Part shown: positions 46,969 to 55,660 of the stretch, piece after piece
Position numbering within the stretch: the first letter of the stretch is position 1
How the letters are laid out: each line of letters starts with the position of its first letter
DNA from: an uncultured Myxococcales bacterium
GTDB lineage: Bacteria; Myxococcota_A; Polyangia; Fen-1088
Assembly (NCBI GenBank): GCA_964491625.1
Contig: CAZBIU010000001.1
Span: 1 to 59,464 of the forward strand
Direction: 5' to 3'
Length of the DNA stretch: 59,464 nt
Position numbers and translations under genes: made by a program
Notes under the pieces: generated by a model
What the model was told of the DNA's origin: nothing
The model's database searches: none
Seen by the model: the letters and a program-made list of their open reading frames with translations, nothing else

Positions 46969-48711
46969 ATGACCCCGAGCCGTCAGGCAGCCAGGGCCGC
47001 CGCTTACCGCAAGACTACGCGGCGGCTATTGCGCGCGTACTTTGTGACCATGCAGGTGGTGCTGTCGTACGCCGGGCTTTCCCTGCGCCGGCGTCTGCGC
47101 AGCAGCGAGGGCGCCGCCAAGCTGGCCGACCGGGCTCACCGCAAGAACGCCCGGCGCGTGCTGGCGGCCATCATCGATTTGCAGGGGCTCTTCATCAAGG
47201 TCGGCCAGCTCATCAGCGTGATGGCCAACCTTCTGCCGGCTGCGTTTCGCAAAGAGCTAGAAACCCTGCAGGACAGCGTGCCGCCGCGACCCTTCTCCGA
47301 TGTCGAGGTCCGCCTGCGCGAAGAGTTGGGCGGGCGCTGCCCCGAAGAGGTGTTTGCCGAGTTCGATCAGACGCCGGTAGCGTCGGCGTCCATCGGCCAG
47401 GTGCATGTGGCGAGGTTGCACAGTGGCGAAAAGGTCGCGGTGAAGATCCAGTATCCGGGCATCGAAGCCATCGTGGCCACCGACCTGCGCGTGCTCAAAC
47501 ATATCTTCGCAATCGTCGGACACCTTATGCCCGACTGGGGCTGGAAGGTTATCTATGCCGAAATCCAAGACATGGTGATGGCCGAGCTGAACTACCGGCA
47601 AGAAGCCGAGGCCATCGCCACCATCGCATCGCACTTCGCGGGCCGCACCGACGTGCTCATTCCGCGGGTGATCCGCGAATGCTCGACCGCGCGGGTTCTG
47701 ACCACACAGTGGATGGACGGGGTCAAGGTCAACGACTGGGCAGGCATCGCGGCCGCCGGCATCGATCGCGTCGCGGCGGCGCGACTTTGCATCGAAGCCT
47801 ACTGCAAGCAGATCTTCGTCGACGGCGTGTACCACGCGGATCCGCACCCGGGGAATCTGCTGCTCGTCGCGCAGCGAAGCGAAGGCGCCGGCCCGGCCCT
47901 GGTGTTTCTCGACTTCGGCGCCACCGCGCGCATTTCGCCCGGCATGCGCAAAGGCATCGTTTCCTTCCTCCAGGGCGCGGTCACCCGCGACGTGGCCCGC
48001 ATCGTCGCCGCGATGAAAGAAATGGGTTTCATTTCGCGCCACGCGGATCACGAGGTGTTCGACCGCGTGATCGAGCACTTTTACGAACGCTTCCGTTCCC
48101 AGATGCGCTTCCAGCGCTTCTCGACGGGGAGCTTGAGCTCAGGCCTCGACCTGCGCGGGCAGATCGCGACGCTGCTCGACCTTCGCCAGCTGGACGTTTC
48201 GCTGGCCGATTTGCGCGATGCCTTTCATGTGCCGCGGGAATGGGTGTTGCTTGAGCGCACGTTGCTCTTGCTTCTGGGCGTGTGCACCAGCCTGGCGTCC
48301 GAGCTGAACCCGGCCGAGGTCATCCAGCCGTACGTGGACCGCTTCATTCTGGGCGAGCGCAAGGAATGGTCGGAGACCGTGCTCGAGACCGCGCGCGAGG
48401 CAGCCCTGTCTGCCTTCGCGCTGCCGAGCGAGCTCGGGCGCTTTCTTAGTCTGGCATCCCGGGGCGACATCGAGGTCCACGTCCACCGCTTGGCCGAGTC
48501 CACCGATGCAGTCTACGCCTTGGGCCAACAGCTACTGTGGGGCTTTCTGGGCTCGGTCGCCTTCTGTGTGTCAGTCGTGTATGAGGGTCGAGACCAACCA
48601 CTGCCGGAATCGGTGTCCGCCGGGGTAGCGGTTCTGTTCGGCGTACTGCTTCTGGGCGCGGTGGTTCGAGGCAATCGTGCGCGCCACCACAAGAAGCAGA
48701 AGCGCAGGTAA
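46969..48711 (+). CDS. ABC1/UbiB-family atypical protein kinase
   Basis: Internal ATG 46969. Motifs FIKVGQLIS, ASASIGQVHVARL..GEKVAVKIQYPG, HADPHPGNLL and LDFG. Two C-terminal hydrophobic helices. Confidence 0.85.
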   Translation: MTPSRQAARAAAYRKTTRRLLRAYFVTMQVVLSYAGLSLRRRLRSSEGAAKLADRAHRKNARRVLAAIIDLQGLFIKVGQLISVMANLLPAAFRKELETLQDSVPPRPFSDVEVRLREELGGRCPEEVFAEFDQTPVASASIGQVHVARLHSGEKVAVKIQYPGIEAIVATDLRVLKHIFAIVGHLMPDWGWKVIYAEIQDMVMAELNYRQEAEAIATIASHFAGRTDVLIPRVIRECSTARVLTTQWMDGVKVNDWAGIAAAGIDRVAAARLCIEAYCKQIFVDGVYHADPHPGNLLLVAQRSEGAGPALVFLDFGATARISPGMRKGIVSFLQGAVTRDVARIVAAMKEMGFISRHADHEVFDRVIEHFYERFRSQMRFQRFSTGSLSSGLDLRGQIATLLDLRQLDVSLADLRDAFHVPREWVLLERTLLLLLGVCTSLASELNPAEVIQPYVDRFILGERKEWSETVLETAREAALSAFALPSELGRFLSLASRGDIEVHVHRLAESTDAVYALGQQLLWGFLGSVAFCVSVVYEGRDQPLPESVSAGVAVLFGVLLLGAVVRGNRARHHKKQKRR

Positions 48712-48962
48712 TTTTTACATCCACCTACATGTGAGACATAATGATACCCATGATGCTGATATCTGTCATCGGAAGCTCGGTCACAGCCCTCGGTGCACTG
48801 GCGATCTTTCTCGCGACACTTCGCATCGGAAAGCCAGCGGCCGGTAAGGCAGGCTAGCTCTCTCGGGTCAGCGCGAAAAGAATATTTGCGCTGGATTCAC
48901 CTTGCCGGTAACCGGCATCGCGCCTACACTCCCAGCGATTTTAAACCGATAGATAGGCTGGG

Positions 48963-50135
48963 ATGACGCTGGCAAATACCGACCTCACAGCGAGGATGGA
49001 GCGCGACGGCACGACGGTGCGTGGGGGCGCTTTGGACTACAGCGCGATCTTCGATCTGGCCGATCTGACGGCAGTTCGGAACCTTTTGCGCGGCGGCTCG
49101 GTCATCGATTGGCACCGCCTGTGTTTCGCGGATCGAGCGCAGGCCGATCGGTTCCTGCGTATCAACGAATACGACCCTTCCAATCCCGCTGACATCGCTC
49201 GCTTGGAAGACTTGCGCGAACAAGCGGTCGAGTACCTGGAGCGCTACCTCGGATTCCGCGTCGCTGATGACATCGCTTCGCGCGTGCCGGCCAAGGATCT
49301 GCTGCTGGTCGCGTCGCAGAAGGGCAAGCGGCGCGCGCACGCCTGCGTGGTCCTCAAGGTCATGCACGTGCTGCACCATCTGGCCGGCGGTGAGCTGGCG
49401 ACACGCCTGTCGGTCAGCGCCGACCAGATCTTCCAGCTTGTGGAAGACAAGGTCCTGCGCACGGTCGAGGAAATGAAGAGCGCCGGCTGTCAGATCGTCG
49501 AGTTCGAGTGGAGTCGCAAGGAACAGGACAGCCTCATCACCAAGCTGCTCGCCAAGCGCGACAACATCGCGGCCCACGTCTACGACAAGCTCCGCTTCCG
49601 CATGATCACGCGCAACGAAGAGGAAATCGTCTTCGTCCTGCGCGAGCTATTGCAGCGGCTGGTCCCGTTCAACTACGTGATTCCCGGCGAATCGCAGAAC
49701 GACATCGTGGATCTGCAGAGCTTCATCGAGAGCGACCCGTACCTGCGCACGCACCTGCCCGACCTGTTGGATCTGTCCTCCGTCGCGCCGGACAAGCGAA
49801 CCCCGAATGTGAACGAGTTCTCGGGGCCGAGCTACCGGGTGGTGAACTTCGTCGCCGACTTGCCGGTGCGAATGGACCGGTACCTCGGCCTTGCGCCCGA
49901 TGATCCGACTTTCGCCGACACAGGCAGCGTCGTGTTCGTGCTGACCGAGTTTCAAATCGTGGATCTGCGAACCGCCCAGGCGAACGAGCAAGGCGAGAAT
50001 AGCCACGACCGATACAAAGAACGGCAGGCGATGCGCGTGAAGGCTCGTCTCATGCACGGGATGCAAGACGAAGAAACCCCGGCGCCCGGCTTGGACCTGA
50101 GCGGTCGCTCGGACGGCGACCTCGGGCACGACTAG
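48963..50135 (+). CDS. RelA/SpoT-like nucleotidyltransferase-fold protein (possibly the family I recall as TIGR04552; unverified)
   Basis: DKLRFRMITR, GPSYRVVNFVADLP and VLTEFQIVDLRTAQANEQGENSHDRYKERQ resemble the alarmone-synthetase motifs D.xGxRi, GYrSxH and E.QIRT...H..YK. Confidence 0.5.
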   Translation: MTLANTDLTARMERDGTTVRGGALDYSAIFDLADLTAVRNLLRGGSVIDWHRLCFADRAQADRFLRINEYDPSNPADIARLEDLREQAVEYLERYLGFRVADDIASRVPAKDLLLVASQKGKRRAHACVVLKVMHVLHHLAGGELATRLSVSADQIFQLVEDKVLRTVEEMKSAGCQIVEFEWSRKEQDSLITKLLAKRDNIAAHVYDKLRFRMITRNEEEIVFVLRELLQRLVPFNYVIPGESQNDIVDLQSFIESDPYLRTHLPDLLDLSSVAPDKRTPNVNEFSGPSYRVVNFVADLPVRMDRYLGLAPDDPTFADTGSVVFVLTEFQIVDLRTAQANEQGENSHDRYKERQAMRVKARLMHGMQDEETPAPGLDLSGRSDGDLGHD

Positions 50136-50144
50136 TGCCGCAGG

Positions 50145-50164
50145 CCGGGTGGGCTTCCGCCCGG
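50145..50164 (+). terminator. Candidate intrinsic terminator hairpin after 48963..50135
   Basis: CCGGGTGG-gctt-CCGCCCGG: an 8-bp stem with one G-U pair, starting 10 nt after the stop codon. It is followed only by TT, so the U-tract is weak. Confidence 0.3.
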
Positions 50165-50368
50165 TTCGCCCATCGCGCCATCCTGCTGGCGACGAGGCCC
50201 AGTTCCCTTTGCGCGGAGATGGGTTATAGTCGCGCTCGCGATGAGGGGAACGCGGCCCAGGGAGGTGACCAGTCGGACTGATGTCCTGAAGGCAGGTTCA
50301 GGACGCAACCCCTTTCGCCTTGGATTTAAGCGTCGCATCAGACGGTTGCAGGGTTTGGAGGCCACGCC

Positions 50369-51001
50369 ATGACCCGCATCCTTCTCGTAGACGATCACGC
50401 GGTCGTGCGGCGCGGAGTGCGAGACATCCTGACCGAGGCCTTGGGCAAGGTGTCCTTCGGCGAAGCGTCCAAGCCGTCGGAAGCGATCGAAAAGCTACAA
50501 AGCGACGACTGGGACGTGGTGGTGCTCGACATTTCGCTGCCCGGCCGCGGGGGCCTCGATGCCTTGCGCGACATCAAGCGCCTCAAGCCTGAGGTTCCAG
50601 TCTTGGTGCTCAGCATGCACGCGGAGGATCACTATGCCCTGCGAGCCCTGCGCGCTGGCGCCGCCGGATACGTCAACAAGGAAAGCGCCGCTGAAGACCT
50701 GTCCGGCGCGGTTCGCAAGGTTCTCGCCGGCGGCACCCACGTCAGCGTCCGACTGGCCGAGACCCTGGCCAAGAGCCTGCGCGCCGACACTTCGCGCCCT
50801 GCGCACGAACGGTTGTCCGACCGCGAGCTGGAGGTGCTGCGAGGGCTGGCCGCAGGGAAGACGGTCAAAGAGATCGGCGTCGAGCTGGCGCTGTCCGAGA
50901 AGACCGTCAGTACGTACCGGACACGACTTCTGGAAAAGATGCAAATGCGCACCAATGCCGAGCTGATCCAATACGCGCTTCGCGAGGGCCTGGTCGACTA
51001 A
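50369..51001 (+). CDS. NarL/LuxR-family response regulator (REC plus HTH)
   Basis: ILLVDDHAVVRRG ... VVVLDISLPGRGG ... LSDRELEVLRGLAAGKTVKEIGVELALSEKTVSTYRTRLLEKM. Confidence 0.9.
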   Translation: MTRILLVDDHAVVRRGVRDILTEALGKVSFGEASKPSEAIEKLQSDDWDVVVLDISLPGRGGLDALRDIKRLKPEVPVLVLSMHAEDHYALRALRAGAAGYVNKESAAEDLSGAVRKVLAGGTHVSVRLAETLAKSLRADTSRPAHERLSDRELEVLRGLAAGKTVKEIGVELALSEKTVSTYRTRLLEKMQMRTNAELIQYALREGLVD

Positions 51002-51102
51002 GACCCGGCGAGTCGTTCCTACATCTGTAGGACCGCGGCTGACAGCGAATTCGGCAATGCCCTGGCATGCGCGAATTGTAGGATCTGGCGAAATAGGGTT
51101 GC

Positions 51103-51504
51103 ATGCCAGGCGCATCACCCACAGCAGCCAAGAAGATCCTTCTTGTGGATGACCACCCGGCTGTCAGCCAGCGCATCGGCGAGCTCCTCGCCAGCACCGT
51201 TCCGCATGTAGAAATGGTCGCCGCCTCTTCGGGCGAGCAAGGCCTTGCCCTGGCGGCCGAGCAGTCCTTCGACCTGGTGCTGCTGGATCTGCGCCTGCCT
51301 GGCTGCGGCGGCATCGACGTTCTCAAGGAGCTTCGCGTGTCGAAGCCCGGGCTGCCAGTGATCATCATCAGCTCGCTGCCCGAGTCGCCCTACGCAACCC
51401 TCGCGCGCCGGGCGGGCGCCCACGGCTTCGTCACCAAGAGCGCCCTGGTTCAAGAGCTTGGCCAGGCGGTGCGCACCGCCCTCGGCGACTGCTCGCTGGC
51501 GTAA
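51103..51504 (+). CDS. Stand-alone receiver-domain response regulator
   Basis: KKILLVDDHPAV ... DLVLLDLRLPGCGG ... PVIIISS ... GAHGFVTKS. No output domain. Confidence 0.8.
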   Translation: MPGASPTAAKKILLVDDHPAVSQRIGELLASTVPHVEMVAASSGEQGLALAAEQSFDLVLLDLRLPGCGGIDVLKELRVSKPGLPVIIISSLPESPYATLARRAGAHGFVTKSALVQELGQAVRTALGDCSLA

Positions 51505-51512
51505 TCCGCGGC

Positions 51513-52790
51513 TCAGTGTAGGTACGGTTTGATGGCGTTGTACCAGACGACTGCCATCTTCTCGTAGCCACTCTCGTAGGGGTGGACCGTGTCCATATCA
51601 GAGCTTGTGAGAGCGGAGAACTGATCGACCACGATGACGTGCTTGCCTGCGCTGGTGCGCTGCTGCACGACGCCTGGAATCGCATTGTTAAACGTAGTGA
51701 CGCCGGCCGCCTGGGCAGGCAAGGGAATGATCTTGGCCACCACCACGAGAGCATCCGGAGCGTCCGCTACGATATGGTCGATGAGCGTACCCAAACGCTC
51801 TGGCGCGCCGCTGGCCTGGCCTAGATTCAGGTCGTTGGTGCCCAGATGGACCAAAACGATGTTGGGCCCAAAGTCGGCGACCACCTTCTTCCCGGTGTAG
51901 TTGACGCCGTCATTGGTGGCGGTGGACTTGCCGGTGACCAGGTCGTCGTCTTGCTGAATGGTCCAGCCGCTATGTCCCTCGTGCTTGCCGACCCACTTCG
52001 AGCTGGCGCTTCCAAGGTTGGACAGTGCCGTGGAAGTCGGCGGATTGCCCGTGTCGTAGCCCACGAAGGTGACGTTCTTCTGGTCAGCGGCCGTATGGGT
52101 GAAGAGCTTGATGCGATAGCCGCCGCCGTAGTTGATGCCCCAGGTGATGGAATCCCCGAGCGGCAGGATCTTGCAGTCGCCCGTCGCAGGACATGGATCG
52201 AAGGTGGTGGAGCCCGTGTCCGACCCGAGATCGGAGCCAGCATCTTTGGCTCCACCGTCGGCGCCGCTGCTGCCACCGGCCGCGGTCGTGCCACCCGCGC
52301 CCGCAGCGCCGCCGGTGCCTGTCGACCCGCCGCCCGCGGCGCCGCCAGAGCCAGTCGTGCCGCCTGCAACGCCACCCGCGCCCGTCGCTCCGCCGGAGCC
52401 TGCACCACCCGACCCCGCGCCGCCCGAGCCGCTGTTGCCGCCGGCCGGCATCGTTCCGCCGCCCGAGCCACCCGCGCCGGATCCGCCGCTGCCGGATCCG
52501 CCGCTGCCAGTCTTGCCTCCCGAGCCGGTCGCACCGCCCGCAGACGAGCTGCCGCCCGTCGCCGAGCTGCCACCGGCCGACGAGCTCCCGCCCGCGGACG
52601 AGCTGCCGCCGGTCGCCGAAGCTCCGCCAGTGCCGGGCTTGCCGCCCGAGCCGCTGCCGCCGGCCGTGCTGGTTCCGCCGCCTGCCGGCGTGCCACCGGA
52701 ACCCGCGACGGGATTGTCCGAAGCGCTGGAACAGCCGGCAAGAGCCGCAGCGAACACCGCGCATTGCAAAATCCTGAATCGAGTTTCCAT
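51513..52790 (-). CDS. SGNH/GDSL-family hydrolase lipoprotein with long Gly/Ser linker (paralogue of 11320..12654)
   Basis: METRFRILQCAVFAAALAGCSS (lipobox), ~180 aa of linker, then CKILPLGDSITWG, HEGHSGW, LVHLGTNDL and DTVHPY. It has the same C-terminal end (IKPYLH) as the paralogue. Confidence 0.8.
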   Translation of the reverse strand: METRFRILQCAVFAAALAGCSSASDNPVAGSGGTPAGGGTSTAGGSGSGGKPGTGGASATGGSSSAGGSSSAGGSSATGGSSSAGGATGSGGKTGSGGSGSGGSGAGGSGGGTMPAGGNSGSGGAGSGGAGSGGATGAGGVAGGTTGSGGAAGGGSTGTGGAAGAGGTTAAGGSSGADGGAKDAGSDLGSDTGSTTFDPCPATGDCKILPLGDSITWGINYGGGYRIKLFTHTAADQKNVTFVGYDTGNPPTSTALSNLGSASSKWVGKHEGHSGWTIQQDDDLVTGKSTATNDGVNYTGKKVVADFGPNIVLVHLGTNDLNLGQASGAPERLGTLIDHIVADAPDALVVVAKIIPLPAQAAGVTTFNNAIPGVVQQRTSAGKHVIVVDQFSALTSSDMDTVHPYESGYEKMAVVWYNAIKPYLH

Positions 52791-52965
52791 GGCTCACAGT
52801 ATGGGCCATGACTCGATCCATTGATCACGTCTCCGCACAAAATCCCAAGGGTCCCGCAAGATTCGTCCAAGGCGTGGACAGCGCAGGTGAACCTTCGACC
52901 GGTGGGCCGGTTCCCGCCCTACCGAAGCCGAAATGCGTCCGGAAGTCAGTCAGCGCGGAAGGGCT

Positions 52966-54018
52966 TTACACATTGAACCGGAAATTGATTACGTCTCCGT
53001 CGGCGACTACGTACTCTTTGCCTTCCAGGCGCAGCTTGCCGGCTTCGCGGCACTTGGCGTCGCTGCCGAACTTGACCAGGTCGTCCCAGCGCATGACCTC
53101 GGCGCGGATGAAGCCGCGTTCGATGTCGGAGTGAATCTTGCCGGCGGCCTTGTGCGCGCTGCTGCCCTTGCGAAGCGGCCAGGCGCGACACTCGTCCTCG
53201 CCGGCGGTGAGAAACGAAATCAGATCGCACAGGGCATACGCGGCGCGGATGAACCGGTTCGCAGCGGGTTCGGCAAGGCCCAGCGAGGCGACGAATTCCT
53301 TCTGTTCGTCGGGCGCCATCTGCGCGATGTCCATCTCCACCGTGCCGGCCAGCACTACGAGGCCAAGGCCGGACTTGCGGGCGTAGTCGGCCAGCTCGTC
53401 CGGCGCGGGCTTGGCCGCGCTGCCTTCGTCGACGTTGAAGATGAGCAAGAGCGGCTTTTGCGAAAGAAACCGGAAGCCGGCGATCAAGTTGAGGTCACCG
53501 GTGGATAGACCGTCGAGGCTGCGCAGCGGCTTGCCGGTGTCGAGGTGGGCCTTCAGCTTTTCGAGCAAGTCCTTCTCGGCGGTCTTGGCCTTGTCCTTCT
53601 TCACCCGGTCGAGGCGATTTTCGACCAGAATCAGATCGGAAAGGTTCATTTCGGCTTCAAAGTCCTGTGCCTCGGTCAGCGGACTCGCCGCATCGCCCGC
53701 GCTGCTCGCGAATCCGCGCACCACGTGGCACAAGGCATCCACTTCGCGCATGGCGCGCAGAATCTGTTCGTCCAGGCCCTTGCCCGCGCCGGGCGCGGCG
53801 GCCACCGCCACGTCACAGAAGGTGACCTCGGCGTAGGTTGTCTTCTTGGGCGAAAACAACTTCGACAGCGCATCCACACGCGCATCCGGGACCTTGACCG
53901 TGCCCAGGTTGGTCTTGCCCTTGGCCGCGCCATAGCCGGTCTCCGCGGCCATGCCGGTCAGGGCATTGAACACCGTGGTCTTTCCACACCCAGGAAATCC
54001 GACCAAGCCGATCTTCAT
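52966..54018 (-). CDS. ychF: Ribosome-binding ATPase YchF (Obg-family)
   Basis: [22 protein letters not shown] (P-loop). C-terminal [31 protein letters not shown] ... [19 protein letters not shown]. Confidence 0.85.
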   Translation of the reverse strand: MKIGLVGFPGCGKTTVFNALTGMAAETGYGAAKGKTNLGTVKVPDARVDALSKLFSPKKTTYAEVTFCDVAVAAAPGAGKGLDEQILRAMREVDALCHVVRGFASSAGDAASPLTEAQDFEAEMNLSDLILVENRLDRVKKDKAKTAEKDLLEKLKAHLDTGKPLRSLDGLSTGDLNLIAGFRFLSQKPLLLIFNVDEGSAAKPAPDELADYARKSGLGLVVLAGTVEMDIAQMAPDEQKEFVASLGLAEPAANRFIRAAYALCDLISFLTAGEDECRAWPLRKGSSAHKAAGKIHSDIERGFIRAEVMRWDDLVKFGSDAKCREAGKLRLEGKEYVVADGDVINFRFNV

Positions 54019-54163
54019 GAACCCGTCCTAGCGCGTGGTTTGGCCCGCGGTCAATCGCGAACGCCGCGCCAACTTGCAAGCGGCTACAGGCCTCGACCGG
54101 CCAGCATGAGCTTTCGTAGAAAACATCGACCCGATCGGAGGTTTGGCGACACTAAGATAGACG

Positions 54164-55651
54164 ATGGGGAATGGACGACGTCGGACCAAGGAAGCGGTTT
54201 TGCGTGCAATCCTGGCTGTATGCGCCACGAGCTGCCTTTGCCTGGACTGTTCCGGACAGGGATCCGGCGGTCCGATCGGTGGTGGCGGAAAGATGGACAC
54301 CGGCGGTGCCGCTGCATTGGGCGGAGACAGCGCCTCGGGCGGAAATGCGAATGCGGGTGGCTCCGTGTTGTCAGGAGGCACTGCAAGTACGGGCGGCTCG
54401 GCCTCGACTGGCGGCGCCGTCGCGACGGGTGGGGCGAGCAGCCTGGGCGGCAGGTCGAGCACGGGCGCAGCCGCGGGCGCGGGAGGCCTTGCGGCGGGCG
54501 GCGGGCAAGCCGGGGGAAGCGCGGTGACGGCCGGCGCCAGCGGCGCTGGCGCCACCATCGGGTCGGGCGGTGCCGTGGATGCGGGCTTCGGTGGACGGAC
54601 GGGCGCCGACGCAGGTCGCGGGGGAACGACGGGCAGCGACGGCGCCGTCGCAAGCGGAGGCAGCACCAGCGCCACCGGCGGCGCGACTGTGACAGGCGGC
54701 ACCAGCGCTGGGGGCGGCACCGGTTCTGACCGGTGCGACGTGGGGGTCTATGACTCGGCCTCGCCGCCCCAGGTGCTTGCTCTCTCGGGAGCTCTCGGCT
54801 GTCACGATCCCTCGGCCATCGCGGCCGACAATATGTACTACGCCTTCTGCACCGGGCTTGGCGCCGAGACCTCCAGCAACATGACCGCTTGGAAGTCCGC
54901 CTCCAGGCCGTTCAGCGCGCCGTCGTGGCTGACCAGCGCCATCTCGGGCGTGGGGGATCTGTGGGCACCGGACATTTCCCAGTTCGGCGGCCTTTACCAC
55001 CTTTACTATGCGGGCTCGACGTTCGGGTCGAACAAGTCGTGCATCGGGCACGCCACGCGCGCCTCGCTCGCGAGCGGTTCGTGGACCGACGACGGCGCTG
55101 CCACCATCTGTTCCAACGTGGGCACGTCCGACAACTGGAATGCCATCGATCCCAACCTGGTCATCGATACCGACGGAAAGCTGTGGCTCACCCTCGGCAG
55201 CTTCTGGAGCGGCATCAAGGTGATCCAGCTCGACGACACCGGCAAGCGCGTGGGCACGACCGTCACATCCATCGCCGCCCGCCCTAGCAACGGCGGGGCC
55301 TTGGAAGCACCCTTTATGGTCAGGCGCTGCGGGTACTACTACCTGTTCATGTCGTGGGACACTTGCTGCAAGGGCGCCGACAGCACCTACAACATTCGCG
55401 TGGTGCGCGGCACCAGCGTGACCGGGCCCTTTGCCGACCAGGCGGGCACGGCGGCGCTGCAAGGGGGCGGCACGCTGATCGCCCAGGGAGACTCGAGCTT
55501 CGCTGGCCCCGGGGGACAGTCGGTGATGTTGGTGGGCAACAAAGCGTACTTGGTCTACCACGCGTACGCCAAGCCCAGCGGCGCCATCACGTTGCGGATC
55601 GCCGACCTGGTGTGGGACTCGAGCGGCTGGCCGGTTCCCGTCGGGCCGTAG
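54164..55651 (+). CDS. Glycoside hydrolase family 43-like (endo-arabinanase type) secreted protein with Gly-rich linker
   Basis: Cys-containing signal region, ~170 aa of Gly-rich linker, then HDPSAI, WAPDIS, YHLYYAGSTFGSNKSCIG, NAIDPNLV, WLTLGSFWSGIK, LEAPFMV and YYYLFMSWDTCC. Confidence 0.8.
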   Translation: MGNGRRRTKEAVLRAILAVCATSCLCLDCSGQGSGGPIGGGGKMDTGGAAALGGDSASGGNANAGGSVLSGGTASTGGSASTGGAVATGGASSLGGRSSTGAAAGAGGLAAGGGQAGGSAVTAGASGAGATIGSGGAVDAGFGGRTGADAGRGGTTGSDGAVASGGSTSATGGATVTGGTSAGGGTGSDRCDVGVYDSASPPQVLALSGALGCHDPSAIAADNMYYAFCTGLGAETSSNMTAWKSASRPFSAPSWLTSAISGVGDLWAPDISQFGGLYHLYYAGSTFGSNKSCIGHATRASLASGSWTDDGAATICSNVGTSDNWNAIDPNLVIDTDGKLWLTLGSFWSGIKVIQLDDTGKRVGTTVTSIAARPSNGGALEAPFMVRRCGYYYLFMSWDTCCKGADSTYNIRVVRGTSVTGPFADQAGTAALQGGGTLIAQGDSSFAGPGGQSVMLVGNKAYLVYHAYAKPSGAITLRIADLVWDSSGWPVPVGP

Positions 55652-55660
55652 TCGGCAGGG

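Noticed and set aside
50283-50310. A GGTTCAGGAC string considered as a tRNA T-arm.
   Set aside because: The flanks cannot form T-stem, acceptor or anticodon arms. The sequence is simply the 3' arm of an 8-bp hairpin.
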